From assembly GCA_964358505.1 (NCBI GenBank), contig CAYHOS010000002.1, forward strand, positions 9,561-73,560: DNA of 64,000 nucleotides, given 5' to 3'. This DNA comes from an uncultured Candidatus Peribacteria bacterium (GTDB taxonomy: Bacteria; Patescibacteriota; Gracilibacteria; Peribacterales; Peribacteraceae). A model generated the notes under the pieces. The model was given only the letters and a program-made list of their open reading frames with translations. It was not told the DNA's origin and made no database searches. Below are positions 35,110-43,982 of the stretch, one piece after another; positions within the stretch are counted from its first letter, which is position 1, and the number at the start of each line of letters is the position of its first letter. The position numbers were made by a program, and so were the translations under genes.

Positions 35110-35367
35110 ATGGGCATCATCTTCCCCATCATCGGCATCGTCGCCTCATTCTTCCTCCTCAAATACCGCGAGAGGGTTGGCGACATGGTCGGTGAAGGCG
35201 AGTGGATGAAGAAGATCGGAGGCGTATACATGGTGGTCATCGTTGTTGCGGTCTTCCTCTTCTTCTGGAGCGTGGCGGAACTCACGGGGACCACGGACAT
35301 CCTCTTCCGTCCGCTCACACTCCTCATTCCGGGCTACCGACAGCCGGAGGTCCCGCCCGCTTTTTGA
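35110..35367 (+). CDS. small membrane protein (85 aa)
   Basis: Two hydrophobic helices, MGIIFPIIGIVASFFLL and VYMVVIVVAVFLFFW. Confidence 0.5.
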   Translation: MGIIFPIIGIVASFFLLKYRERVGDMVGEGEWMKKIGGVYMVVIVVAVFLFFWSVAELTGTTDILFRPLTLLIPGYRQPEVPPAF

Positions 35368-35387
35368 ACGTATCAGAAACCTTCCAT

Positions 35388-35415
35388 GTCATGGTTCGAC
35401 GGAGCTCACCATGAC
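35388..35415. repeat. REP-like hairpin (family F, solo copy) between convergent genes
   Basis: GTCATGGT-tcgacggagctc-ACCATGAC. The 27-nt core atggttcgacggagctcaccatgacac is identical at 57319-57345. Confidence 0.8.
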
Positions 35416-35425
35416 ACACTTTCCC

Positions 35426-35698
35426 TTACGCGGCGAAAACTTCCGTCCCTTCCTTGACGGGCATATCCACCTTCATCCCCACCTGGTCGCCCTTCTTGGC
35501 CTTGTCCACCTGTGCGTGCTCGACCTGCAGCGACGTGACCGGCTGCGTGAATTCCTGTTCGCCGCGGCGGAACACCACGGCATCACCCACCTTGAGGGGG
35601 GCCTTGAGTTCCACGATGGCCACGCCGATGCGGTCGAAGTAGTGATCGACGGTGCCGATGATTTTTTCCTTCTTCTTGGCGGGGGTTGTTGCTGGCAT
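35426..35698 (-). CDS. small EF-Tu domain-2-like beta-barrel protein (90 aa)
   Basis: The C-terminal part of ORF 35426..36028 reads MPATTPAKKKEKIIGTVDHYFDRIGVAIVELKAPLKVGDAVVF...GDQVGMKV. Confidence 0.5.
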   Translation of the reverse strand: MPATTPAKKKEKIIGTVDHYFDRIGVAIVELKAPLKVGDAVVFRRGEQEFTQPVTSLQVEHAQVDKAKKGDQVGMKVDMPVKEGTEVFAA

Positions 35699-35849
35699 GG
35701 GAGAAGGGGGGAAGCAACCTGGCATTGTACTCTTCCCCTTGCCCCGCAAAAAGAATGGACGTTTTCCGCTTCGGATGGCCATGGAATTGAAGGGTACGGA
35801 GCAAGAAGAAGATCGAGCAGATTGGAGCATCTTGTGGTATACCATCACC

Positions 35850-36059
35850 ATGCAGCACCCTCCGTCAGCAGCAGAGCAATGGGCGGAATTCTTGAAGAAT
35901 CCTATGGTCCAGAACACCCTTGAGAGTGCATTGAGTGACACAAGCAGCGAACGTCCAGACGTACAGCCGGCTTCCGACTGGACCGAATTCATCAGTGACC
36001 CGGCGGTGCAAGAGTTCCTTGCACGCAATCTCCCCTACGAGGGGAAAGAGAAGGTTTGA
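35850..36059 (+). CDS. possible small protein (69 aa) with an internal WxEF(L/I)xxPxVQ duplication
   Basis: MQHPPSAAEQWAEFLKNPMVQNTLE...SDWTEFISDPAVQEFL. TATACC-atcacc-ATG upstream. Confidence 0.3.
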   Translation: MQHPPSAAEQWAEFLKNPMVQNTLESALSDTSSERPDVQPASDWTEFISDPAVQEFLARNLPYEGKEKV

Positions 36060-36083
36060 TGATGGCAAGCCTCCTGCGAAGGT

Positions 36084-36159
36084 TGGTGGAGCATGCCGGA
36101 TTCGAACCGGCGACCTTCTGGTTGCAAACCAGACGCTCTACCAACTGAGCTAATGCCCC
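36084..36159 (-). tRNA. tRNA-Ala (anticodon UGC)
   Basis: GGGGCAT-TA-GCTC-AGTTGGTA-GAGC-G-TCTGG-TTTGCAA-CCAGA-AGGTC-GCCGG-TTCGAAT-CCGGC-ATGCTCC-A-CCA. The G3:U70 identity pair is present. Confidence 0.92.
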
Positions 36160-36293
36160 GATCGCCATCCAATTCTACCTCATAGGGGCCTGGTAAGAAC
36201 AAGATAATTTACGCGTGTCCGACGAATGTACGCCGATCCTTCCATCATATTTATGTATTGCATTCGTATGACAATTGATATACACTTTACCCG

Positions 36294-36572
36294 ATGCCCA
36301 AGCGCCCCACCACTATCCGCCTCGATCCCCTTCTCTACAAAAAAGTGCTACGGGAAGGGAAGAAAGCGGGGTTGAGTTTCAGCAACATCGTACAGCTGCT
36401 CCTCGGTGAATTCGCTGCGGGATCGCTCCGCATCGGCGTGACGAGGTACCCCCAGGGATATCTGAGGAAACTGGAACGGGAAGCCGAAGAACTCCAGCGC
36501 CTCTACCGTGCGGGAAAAGTGAAGGGCTATACATCCGCCAAGGAAATGTTTCGTGATATACTTGGGGAGTGA
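36294..36572 (+). CDS. RHH (CopG/RelB-like) antitoxin
   Basis: MPKRPTTIRLDPLLYKKVLREGKKAGLSFSNIVQLLL is an RHH N-terminus. The stop overlaps the toxin GTG in a GTGA arrangement. Confidence 0.7.
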   Translation: MPKRPTTIRLDPLLYKKVLREGKKAGLSFSNIVQLLLGEFAAGSLRIGVTRYPQGYLRKLEREAEELQRLYRAGKVKGYTSAKEMFRDILGE

Positions 36573-36874
36573 CATACGTGGTCATCCCTTCACGTCATTT
36601 CCGCAAGATCCTTCTCAAAATCCGAAGGAGCGGTAAGACACATCTTGTCACGACTTTGACTGAAGTCATTGATCTCCTCGCGGCGCATGATCAACGGGCG
36701 CTTTTCGTCCTCAGCAAACGATGGCGGGACCACGTCTTGCAGGGGAGTATGGAAGGCATCCGCGAACTGCATCTGGATCAAGACGATCTCCTGTTGTACT
36801 CCGTGAATGAACAACACGGCCTGATCAAGCTCCTGGACATCGTGAGCCACGAACAGCTTCGAAAAAAGCGGTAA
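36569..36874 (+). CDS. YafQ/RelE-family toxin
   Basis: RHFRKILLKIRRSG...WRDHVLQGSMEGIRELHLDQDDLLLYSV. GTG start at 36569. Confidence 0.75.
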   Translation: MTYVVIPSRHFRKILLKIRRSGKTHLVTTLTEVIDLLAAHDQRALFVLSKRWRDHVLQGSMEGIRELHLDQDDLLLYSVNEQHGLIKLLDIVSHEQLRKKR

Positions 36875-38047
36875 TCACGCCACAATCTCCCCCACTCTTC
36901 CTTCCTCCACCGCCTTCCGTATTTCCATCCCCACGCGTTCCCCCACGCTCATGGATTGGCCGTAGAGGTACCCGGAGTACGGGGTTGCCATGATTCCGGG
37001 GGAGCCGGGGATGCGGAGGCTGACGTCGAAGATCACGATGTCCTCCTTCCCCTCCTCCGCCACCACCGCCCCCTGCAGAGCGAACGGCCCGATGATCCCC
37101 TTGCCGGAAGGGTCGAGCTCCGGATGCTTGGCGTGGAGGTCCTGCGTGGCTTTGACGAACTTCTCCCCCAGGTCGAACGCCTTCTCCAGGAGCGACTCCT
37201 TGACGGTGCAGGCGATGTGCCCGGTTTCGATCATTTTCAGGTCCACGTGCGCCAGCGCTTTGGCCTGCTCCCTCGCCGTCATGCGGAGGAAGCCGTCCAG
37301 GTTCGTCTGCCGGCGCGTATCCGTGCCGAGCAGTTCCAGCTCCTTCGTGAGCGGCGAGTAGAAGAAGTTGAAGTTGACGGGCGCACCCACAACGAACTCC
37401 TCCAGGGGGGCCTGCCGCCACTTGGCCGTGACCTTCCCCTCTTTCTCCAGGCGGGACCCCTCCGCTTCCCATGAATGCCGGTCCTCCACGAGGAAGAACG
37501 CCCTCTCGTACCCCCGCTGCGCTTCGCTGGCCTTGACGAGGACGGGGCGGTCAATCTCCTCGGGCTTTGCGAAGATCGTGGGCGTGCGGATGCCGGCGTC
37601 CCTCAGGAGATGGTACTGGTTGTACGGTTGGTCACGCTCCTCCAGCTTGAGGAGCGTCCGCGACCCGAAGATCGGCACGTTGAACCCGTTCTCGACCTTC
37701 GAAAAATCATCGAAGTAGACCCAGAAGTAGCGGTTGTGGACGAAGATCGTACTCATCTCCCGCAGCTTCTTCTGGACATCGTCCCGCAAGACATCGGCAA
37801 ACTTCTCCACGAGAATCACCTCATCAATACAACCCTTGGAAATCCCTTCGTCCGAAGTCCGAGGTCCTAATTCCTTCGTCCTAAAGTACTCCGTATACGT
37901 CCTCTCCCTCCCCTTGCGCGCCACGCAGAGCGTCCTGAACCCCCACTGCCTGGCGCCGTGGCACACGTCCAGGGCGCTATGGCCGCCGAGGACGCCGATG
38001 GCGAGGTTCTGCAAATCGTAGCCGGAGAGGAGATCCTTTGTATTCAT
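36875..38047 (-). CDS. purP: PurP-like ATP-grasp enzyme (archaeal-type FAICAR synthetase family), paralog 1
   Basis: IGVLGGHSALDVCHGAR...PEEIDRPVLVK...EEFVVGAPVNFNFFYSP...GPFALQG. TACAAT-ctctcc-ATG at 38047. Confidence 0.85.
   Translation of the reverse strand: MNTKDLLSGYDLQNLAIGVLGGHSALDVCHGARQWGFRTLCVARKGRERTYTEYFRTKELGPRTSDEGISKGCIDEVILVEKFADVLRDDVQKKLREMSTIFVHNRYFWVYFDDFSKVENGFNVPIFGSRTLLKLEERDQPYNQYHLLRDAGIRTPTIFAKPEEIDRPVLVKASEAQRGYERAFFLVEDRHSWEAEGSRLEKEGKVTAKWRQAPLEEFVVGAPVNFNFFYSPLTKELELLGTDTRRQTNLDGFLRMTAREQAKALAHVDLKMIETGHIACTVKESLLEKAFDLGEKFVKATQDLHAKHPELDPSGKGIIGPFALQGAVVAEEGKEDIVIFDVSLRIPGSPGIMATPYSGYLYGQSMSVGERVGMEIRKAVEEGRVGEIVA
37852..37874. repeat. family-A heptamer repeat embedded in frame in purP1
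   Basis: ccgaagtcc-gaggtcc-taattcc compared with ccgaagtcc-gaagtcc-taagtcc at 56184-56206. It encodes KELGPRTSDEG, which the adjacent paralog lacks. Confidence 0.65.
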
Positions 38048-38108
38048 GGAGAGATTGTAATGCAAAATGGATAATGAAGAACGCAAAAAGTGAGGAGCTC
38101 GATCGCCC

Positions 38109-39167
38109 CTATCCCAAGATCTCCCTGAGCCTCCCCTTCTCTATCGCCTGCTTGATGTCCCGCGCGATGCGCCTTCCCGTACTCATGGGAACGTCATACT
38201 TGAGCGCCGTATAGGGTGACCCTTCGATGAAGGGATTGGTGCCGGCCACGATGCGGGCGGAGATTTCGAACACGTAGATCTCCAGCTTGCGCGTGATGAT
38301 GGCCTCCAGGCAGAAGGGGCCGTAGAGGCCTTTGCCCGCGCCCTTGAGCGTCTTGCTTACCTTCACCACCTTCTCCCCCATCCGGAAGAGCTGCGGCAGT
38401 AGGGATTCGCGGACGACCACGGGGATGTTGCCCACGATGGTGTACGACGTATGGATGTTGGCGGCCAATTGGTCTTCCGCGCGTATGCGCCCGATGGAGT
38501 CGGCGTTGCTCTCGTACCGCTTGTCCATGCTCATGATCTCCAGTTCCCTGGTGATCGGGGAATAGAAGTAGTGGACGTAGAGCGGCGCCCCCACGATGTA
38601 CTCCTGGATCACGAAATCGTTCTCCTCGGGGTACTTGCGGTTCTTCACCTCATAGAACTGCTCCGCGGACTTGACCACGAAGTACCCGAACCCCCCGCCC
38701 GCGCCGTGGAACTTGATGATGACGGGGCGGTCGATCTCCTCCGGTTTCTCGAACACCTTGGGGAGCAAAAGCCCGGACTTGAGCAGCCACTCGCGCTCCA
38801 TGTCCCGGTCGCTCTCCCACTCCAGGATCTCCTTGGCGCCGTAGTACAGGGCGCGCATCTTCTTCACGCGCTCGTGGCCGAGGTACGCGATGAAGGAGCC
38901 GTGCGGGATGAGGATGGCCTTGCGCTTGATCAGTTCCTTCTCCAGCCCTTCGTCCCATTCGCTCCAGTCCTCCACGGTGATGACCTCGTCGGCCACGGGG
39001 AAGCGCTTGTAGATCCGCTCCGTCCCCTTCTTGCAGATGACGAGGTTGCGCATCCCCTCGTCCCGCGCCCCCTTGAGGATCTGCAGCGCCGAATGGCTGC
39101 CCATGGTGGCAATGACGAAGTTTTCGGGGTTTTTGGTAGCCGGTATCTTGAAAGACGGGCGCGGCAT
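38109..39167 (-). CDS. purP: PurP-like ATP-grasp enzyme, paralog 2
   Basis: IATMGSHSALQILKGARDEG...PEEIDRPVIIKFHGAGGGFGYF...QEYIVGAPLYVHYFYSP...GPFCLEA. Confidence 0.85.
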   Translation of the reverse strand: MPRPSFKIPATKNPENFVIATMGSHSALQILKGARDEGMRNLVICKKGTERIYKRFPVADEVITVEDWSEWDEGLEKELIKRKAILIPHGSFIAYLGHERVKKMRALYYGAKEILEWESDRDMEREWLLKSGLLLPKVFEKPEEIDRPVIIKFHGAGGGFGYFVVKSAEQFYEVKNRKYPEENDFVIQEYIVGAPLYVHYFYSPITRELEIMSMDKRYESNADSIGRIRAEDQLAANIHTSYTIVGNIPVVVRESLLPQLFRMGEKVVKVSKTLKGAGKGLYGPFCLEAIITRKLEIYVFEISARIVAGTNPFIEGSPYTALKYDVPMSTGRRIARDIKQAIEKGRLREILG

Positions 39168-39226
39168 GGTATTTGGGAGACTGTAGCAGAGGGAAAGCGT
39201 GGTTTCAAATGAGGAGCGAGATATTT

Positions 39227-39300
39227 GGCCAAAGAAACTGTAGAATCCAAGGATAGAAACCTCCTTGGTTTCTTCGGATTCCTCGGTTTCTTCGGATTCC
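39227..39300. repeat. inverted arrays of the 9-nt GGWTTCNTC word (family B, second locus)
   Basis: Right arm ggtttcttc-ggattcctc-ggtttcttc-ggattcc (39267-39300) matches 32580-32613 at 28 of 34 positions. The left arm contains gaatccaagg...gaaacc. Confidence 0.8.
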
Positions 39301-39879
39301 CTAAATCCTCGACTGCTTCGAGGGCGTGGGGTACGGGCGCCCTGCGTTCTCCTCGATCTTGCAGGTGGTGTAACGTGCCGTCTTCACACCGTACTGCTCG
39401 CACTTGTTGTCCACGGGCTTTGCGGAGCTTTGGACGGAAGAGCGGGATGAGGAAGACTCAATTGCGCAGTAGTCCTTGATCACCCGTTGCACGGTGCCGA
39501 GCAAGCCCTCGCGCATGCCCGAGGACTCGAAGTCGCGGGGGATGTGGCGGTCTACCGCGGCCGTGAAGGTGGCGGCAATTTCGGTGGCCACGGCACATTC
39601 CGTCTTCACGGGAATGGCGGGGGTGGAAGAGGTGGAACTTGATGCGGCGGATGCGGCGGAAGAAGCGGGGGCCGTGAGGGAGGTGGAACCGGGACGGCGC
39701 AGCGCGTCGGCGCGCTCCATCACGCCGTCGGGGCGTACGTCCCACCGCATGGCGAAGATATCGCTTAGCGTGGTGGCACTGAGGGGGGCGTTGCCCGTGA
39801 GAAGCGTTCCCGCCGTGAGGATCACTCCCCCCACGAGGCTGCAGAGGGCAATGGTGACATCGCGCTTATGGTTGGGCAT
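39301..39879 (-). CDS. membrane-anchored secreted hypothetical protein
   Basis: MPNHKRDVTIALCSLVGGVILTAG (TM), a Ser/Ala-rich linker and a Cys-containing C-terminal domain. TATAAT promoter upstream. Confidence 0.5.
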   Translation of the reverse strand: MPNHKRDVTIALCSLVGGVILTAGTLLTGNAPLSATTLSDIFAMRWDVRPDGVMERADALRRPGSTSLTAPASSAASAASSSTSSTPAIPVKTECAVATEIAATFTAAVDRHIPRDFESSGMREGLLGTVQRVIKDYCAIESSSSRSSVQSSAKPVDNKCEQYGVKTARYTTCKIEENAGRPYPTPSKQSRI

Positions 39880-39997
39880 GGAACAGGCGGGAAGGGATGT
39901 TTGTGACACCACTATTATAGGACAAAACGGCTATTCCTACAATGGATGGAAAGATACCGAAGTATCCTTCCATACCATTTTTTGCTGAATGCAATCC

Positions 39998-40444
39998 TCA
40001 GTGCGACTGCCGCATGAGCCTCAAGATCCCCTCCGCAGCCTGGCGTATCCCCTCTTGGACCGAAGACTCATGCGCCTCCGCCTCGCGGTGCAAGGCAGTG
40101 ATGATCGCTTCCCCCTCTTCCCGCTGGGGAGGCCATTTGTCCCTGAAGTGCCTCGCAAACACACGACTGGCAATCGCTGCATTCCTCTCGCTTTCTCCGG
40201 GAAAATGATCCGGGAAATGCGGCGGGAGATCCATGGTCCCCACGATGATCCCGGCAATCTGCCTGGCGATCTGTTGCGCATCCGCAGGTATCGCTCCGTC
40301 ATCAAGGGGAGCACTGCGTTCCGCTTGCCCGGCATAGAGTGTCCGCGACTGTTCAAGCATCGCCTGTTCCGTCTGATCGTAGGTGGCATAGCGGCGTTCA
40401 CTTTCCGGAATGCCTCCGGCATGCGGTTCAAAAGGATGGGACAT
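39998..40444 (-). CDS. hypothetical protein (148 aa)
   Basis: Part of ORF 39998..40519, starting at ATG 40444 (MSHPFEPH...). No motif recognised. Confidence 0.45.
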   Translation of the reverse strand: MSHPFEPHAGGIPESERRYATYDQTEQAMLEQSRTLYAGQAERSAPLDDGAIPADAQQIARQIAGIIVGTMDLPPHFPDHFPGESERNAAIASRVFARHFRDKWPPQREEGEAIITALHREAEAHESSVQEGIRQAAEGILRLMRQSH

Positions 40445-40779
40445 TGTTGAAAGGGGAATAGAAATGAAAAACCTACGCCACCTCGGGGAAGGGGCGCACG
40501 TGTGCGAAGACATTCTCACACGCGGGACCCTTCCGCCCTAAGGCAAGGAAGAAGGCCGAGAGTGAGGAGTGGTGAGCGCATGACGCGGCCTAGTGTTGCG
40601 GAAGCAAGGGGGGAACGTCAAAAAAATAGGAAGAAGCATGTGGATTGTGGCTTCCATTCCAAGGAATATTTGGATCGTCATATACATGTCCCATGAATAT
40701 TCCCTTGTGACGCTGGCTCAACATCCATTGCCCTTCAGTGCGCGGGAAAAATCCCTATACTGAGACGCGCAGGTATGTC

Positions 40780-40854
40780 CGGTGCCGTAGCCAAGGAGTA
40801 AGGCAGGGGTCTGCAAAACCCCCATACGTGGGTGCAATTCCCACCGGCACCTCC
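40780..40854 (+). tRNA. tRNA-Cys (anticodon GCA), atypical T-loop
   Basis: GGTGCCG-TA-GCC-AAGGAGTAA-GGC-A-GGGGT-CTGCAAA-ACCCC-CATAC-GTGGG-TGCAATT-CCCAC-CGGCACC-T-CCA. The U73 discriminator fits Cys. The T-loop has G where U55 is expected. Confidence 0.8.
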
Positions 40855-40859
40855 AATTT

Positions 40860-41444
40860 TCATTCCGTTTGTGACTCTGGCTCCACGAACGTGAGGGACT
40901 GCACCATGGCCAGCTCCTGGTTCTCCAGGGTGGCGGTGACGGAGAGGGGCGCGAACGCCGTGACGGTGTAGCCGGCGCCCGAGGGTGACACGGCGCTCGC
41001 CTGGGTGAAGCGCGTCTTGGGCTGGTCCGCGGCCGGCTGGGCGGTATAGGTGTGGAGGTTCGATTCCTGCTCATCGATGCGGATGGGACGGGTATCGATG
41101 AGTTCGTACCCAGGAAGCACGCTCACGGCCCGCACGTTCGCGCGGCTGTAGACCGGGGTCTCCATGGGCTGCGCCAGGGGCTCCTCGGTGATCACCACCG
41201 TGGGGTACTGGCCGGAGACGGGCTTCTCCGCCTGGAACGCCGCCACCACGTCCTGCGGGATTCCCTGCTGGTCCAACCGCTCCCGCTCCACTACCGCCCA
41301 CCCGTCGGGAAGGCAGATGCCCACCTGCCCGTTCCAGAACTGCTGCGTACACACGGTCTTACCCCCCCCGCCCCCGCAGGCGGCGAGGAGCAGGAGGAAC
41401 GCGAGGGGGAGGAGGCGGGAGAGGATCGGGGTGGGGGTGTTCAT
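40860..41444 (-). CDS. lipoprotein, function unknown
   Basis: MNTPTPILSRLLPLAFLLLLAACGGGGG (lipobox). TATCAT-acctcc-ATG at 41444. Confidence 0.6.
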   Translation of the reverse strand: MNTPTPILSRLLPLAFLLLLAACGGGGGKTVCTQQFWNGQVGICLPDGWAVVERERLDQQGIPQDVVAAFQAEKPVSGQYPTVVITEEPLAQPMETPVYSRANVRAVSVLPGYELIDTRPIRIDEQESNLHTYTAQPAADQPKTRFTQASAVSPSGAGYTVTAFAPLSVTATLENQELAMVQSLTFVEPESQTE

Positions 41445-41591
41445 GGAGGTATGATAGCCATTTGTGAAGGGAGGGAATATTCGCAGCCCAATGGGCAGGG
41501 GAAAAGTTCTGGACACTCTTCATTTCACAATTCTAATACTAGTCATAGGATTGAGGAAATGGCCGTTTTTTGGTAGGATAGTAGGAAACAC

Positions 41592-43979
41592 ATGAACACC
41601 ATTTCCCGGACCCTGGCCTTCCTGGTCGCCTTGGTGCTGCCGCTCCAGGCCTTGAGCGCGGTGGCGGACTCCGCGGACTACGGTTCGCTACGCGTGGACG
41701 ACTCCATTGCGGGGTTGGGATTGGACGCGGAGGTGGAGGGATTCTCCGCCATGGGGAGCGTGGACATCGTGGTGATCCCCCCCGCGAAGAACTTCCTCAT
41801 CTTCCCCGCCACGCTGGACCGCACGGGGAGCGTGCGCATCCGCGTGCCAGGCACGAGCGCGGAGGAAGCGGGGACGTACCACGCCTTCGTGGGGAAGAAC
41901 GGCAAGCGCCTCTCGCCCGAGACATCGTTCGAGGTGCTGCCGGACACGGTGGATCCCCGGGCTTCCACCCTCAGCGTCCTCAACCCCTCCGTCCTCGCCG
42001 ATGGCAGGGATACGGCCGGCGTGCTGGTGACAGTCACTGACCGGTACGGCAATCCCCTGCCGGGCCGCCCCGTGGAACTGCGGAGCGACGACGCCGGCGC
42101 CGTGGTGACGGCGGACGCGGAGGGGACGGATGCGGAAGGAGCCGTGCGCTTCACGGTGGCGGCGACGCGGGCGGGGACGGTGACGCTCCGCGCCGTGGAC
42201 CTCCTCACCGGCATGGCGCTGGCGCAGGAAGGGACGGTGGCGGCCGGGGGCGCCATGGGCGGTTCGCCCTACGCCGCGCAGTTGATCGGCCCCGCGTACG
42301 CCGCGGATCCCGCGTTCGATGCCGCCGACCGCTTCGAGGTGACCCTGACCGACACGGTGCTCGCCGTGCACGACATCACCGGCATCACCATCCGCGCGGT
42401 GGACGCCAGCGGCAATACGGCGCAGGACTACACCGGCACCGTGCGCATCACCACCACGGACCCCGGCGCCACCCTCCCCGGCCTCAGCGGCATGGACGGC
42501 GTGGGGCAGGCGACCTTCACCTCCCGCCACCTGGGGACGCGCTTCATCCCCTTTTCCGTGAGCTTCAAGGCCACGGGCAGGCACACGGTCACCGTGGAGG
42601 ATGCCGCCAACCCCGCCCGCGTGATCACCGGCAAAGCCACGGTCGTGGTGTCGAGCAGCACGGGACCCCTGGTGCAGCGCCTCACGGTGACGTCCCCGCC
42701 GCAGAATGGCACGGTGAACGGCGCAAGCGTGACGGTGGAGGGCGCCACCCAGCCTTACACGAACATCCAGGTGAAGGGCGGCGTCCAACCCGCCACGGGC
42801 GAGAGCGACGACGCCGGCCGCTTCGCCATCGCCGTCCCCCTTGACCCCGCCTACAACGAATTCACGCTGCTCGTGACGGATGACGGCGGGGGCGAAGTGA
42901 CCCTCCACCTCGTGCGCGACACCGACCCCCCCGTCATCACCGCCGCCAAGCTCTCCCCCGAGCGGCCGCAGGAAGGCGAGAACGTCCTCCTCGTGGTCCA
43001 GAGCGAACCTGCGCTCAAGGGCATGGAACTCAAGCTGGGCGACGAGCGGATCCCCCTGCAGGAGGATTCCTCGCGCCCCGGCACCTACCAGGCGCTCTTC
43101 ACCGCGCCGCGCGGTGGCGAGTACCAGCCCGCCGTGGAAGCCAAGGACCAGGCCGGGAACACCGCGAACTTGCTCGTCCCCCTCGCCGTGACGGCCAGGA
43201 AGCTTGCCGTCCTCACGAACCTGCGCGCCCAGCCGAAGAACGGCGCCGTGGAACTGCAGTGGGACCCGGCGGAGGAAGCGGTGGACCTCTACCGCGTCTA
43301 CGTGGGGGAGAAGCCGGGAGAGTACGCCTATACCTTGGAGACGCCTGATGCCTCCCGGTCAGCGGCCACCGTGACGGGCTTGAGCACAGGCATGCCCTAC
43401 GTCTTCGCCGTGACCGCCGTCCAGGGGGACCGCGAGAGCGAGAAGAGCATCCCCGTGAGCGCGCATGTGCTGGGAGTGCTCCTGGAGGTGACCCCACAGG
43501 ACGAGGCGCTGGCCGTCGAATGGTCCCTCCCGGTCGACATCACCTTCCAGTCGTTCCTCGTGGAGTACGGCGCGGAACCCGACCGTATGACGGAGAAGCG
43601 GACGGTACCGGGCGGCGACATCAAGGCGGAGGAGAAGCGCGCGCTGGTGCTGCGTGACCTCCTGCCCGGCATCACGTACTTCGTGCGCATCACGCCCGTG
43701 GACACCACGGGGGAAGCGCGGGAGGACCTGGTGGCCACGGGGCAAGGCACCCCCGGCGGCGATGGCGCGCACTACGCCGCCCCCGACCAGATTCCGCCAT
43801 TCCAAGAGGACCCCGATTTCCGCCCCCCCCGCCAGACCGGGAGCGGGCTCCCCCATCTCTCGTGGTGGATCGCGGGGAGCGTGGCGCTATTCCTCCTCCT
43901 GCTCCAATGGCACAGCCGCAGGAAGCTCCGCCGGGCGCATCAGTTCCTACGGATGATGGAATCACGGTACCATCGGTAA
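41592..43979 (+). CDS. large cell-surface protein with Big_1/invasin-like Ig and fibronectin-III domains and a C-terminal TM anchor
   Basis: Signal peptide, VTDRYGNPLPGRPVELRSDD...VRFTVAATRAGTVTLRAVD (Big_1-like), FN3-like LQWDPAEEAVDLYRVYVGE, and C-terminal WWIAGSVALFLLLLQW. Confidence 0.75.
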   Translation: MNTISRTLAFLVALVLPLQALSAVADSADYGSLRVDDSIAGLGLDAEVEGFSAMGSVDIVVIPPAKNFLIFPATLDRTGSVRIRVPGTSAEEAGTYHAFVGKNGKRLSPETSFEVLPDTVDPRASTLSVLNPSVLADGRDTAGVLVTVTDRYGNPLPGRPVELRSDDAGAVVTADAEGTDAEGAVRFTVAATRAGTVTLRAVDLLTGMALAQEGTVAAGGAMGGSPYAAQLIGPAYAADPAFDAADRFEVTLTDTVLAVHDITGITIRAVDASGNTAQDYTGTVRITTTDPGATLPGLSGMDGVGQATFTSRHLGTRFIPFSVSFKATGRHTVTVEDAANPARVITGKATVVVSSSTGPLVQRLTVTSPPQNGTVNGASVTVEGATQPYTNIQVKGGVQPATGESDDAGRFAIAVPLDPAYNEFTLLVTDDGGGEVTLHLVRDTDPPVITAAKLSPERPQEGENVLLVVQSEPALKGMELKLGDERIPLQEDSSRPGTYQALFTAPRGGEYQPAVEAKDQAGNTANLLVPLAVTARKLAVLTNLRAQPKNGAVELQWDPAEEAVDLYRVYVGEKPGEYAYTLETPDASRSAATVTGLSTGMPYVFAVTAVQGDRESEKSIPVSAHVLGVLLEVTPQDEALAVEWSLPVDITFQSFLVEYGAEPDRMTEKRTVPGGDIKAEEKRALVLRDLLPGITYFVRITPVDTTGEAREDLVATGQGTPGGDGAHYAAPDQIPPFQEDPDFRPPRQTGSGLPHLSWWIAGSVALFLLLLQWHSRRKLRRAHQFLRMMESRYHR

Positions 43980-43982
43980 ATC

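Noticed and set aside
40445-40779. 335-nt purine-rich gap upstream of tRNA-Cys as a third copy of the large non-coding element or another RNA gene
   Set aside because: Apart from one nested hairpin (GGAAGGG...CGCACGTGTGCG...CCCTTCC at about 40487-40535), I found no ordered block similarity to the 16.5-kb and 47.5-kb elements and no promoter-terminator pair.
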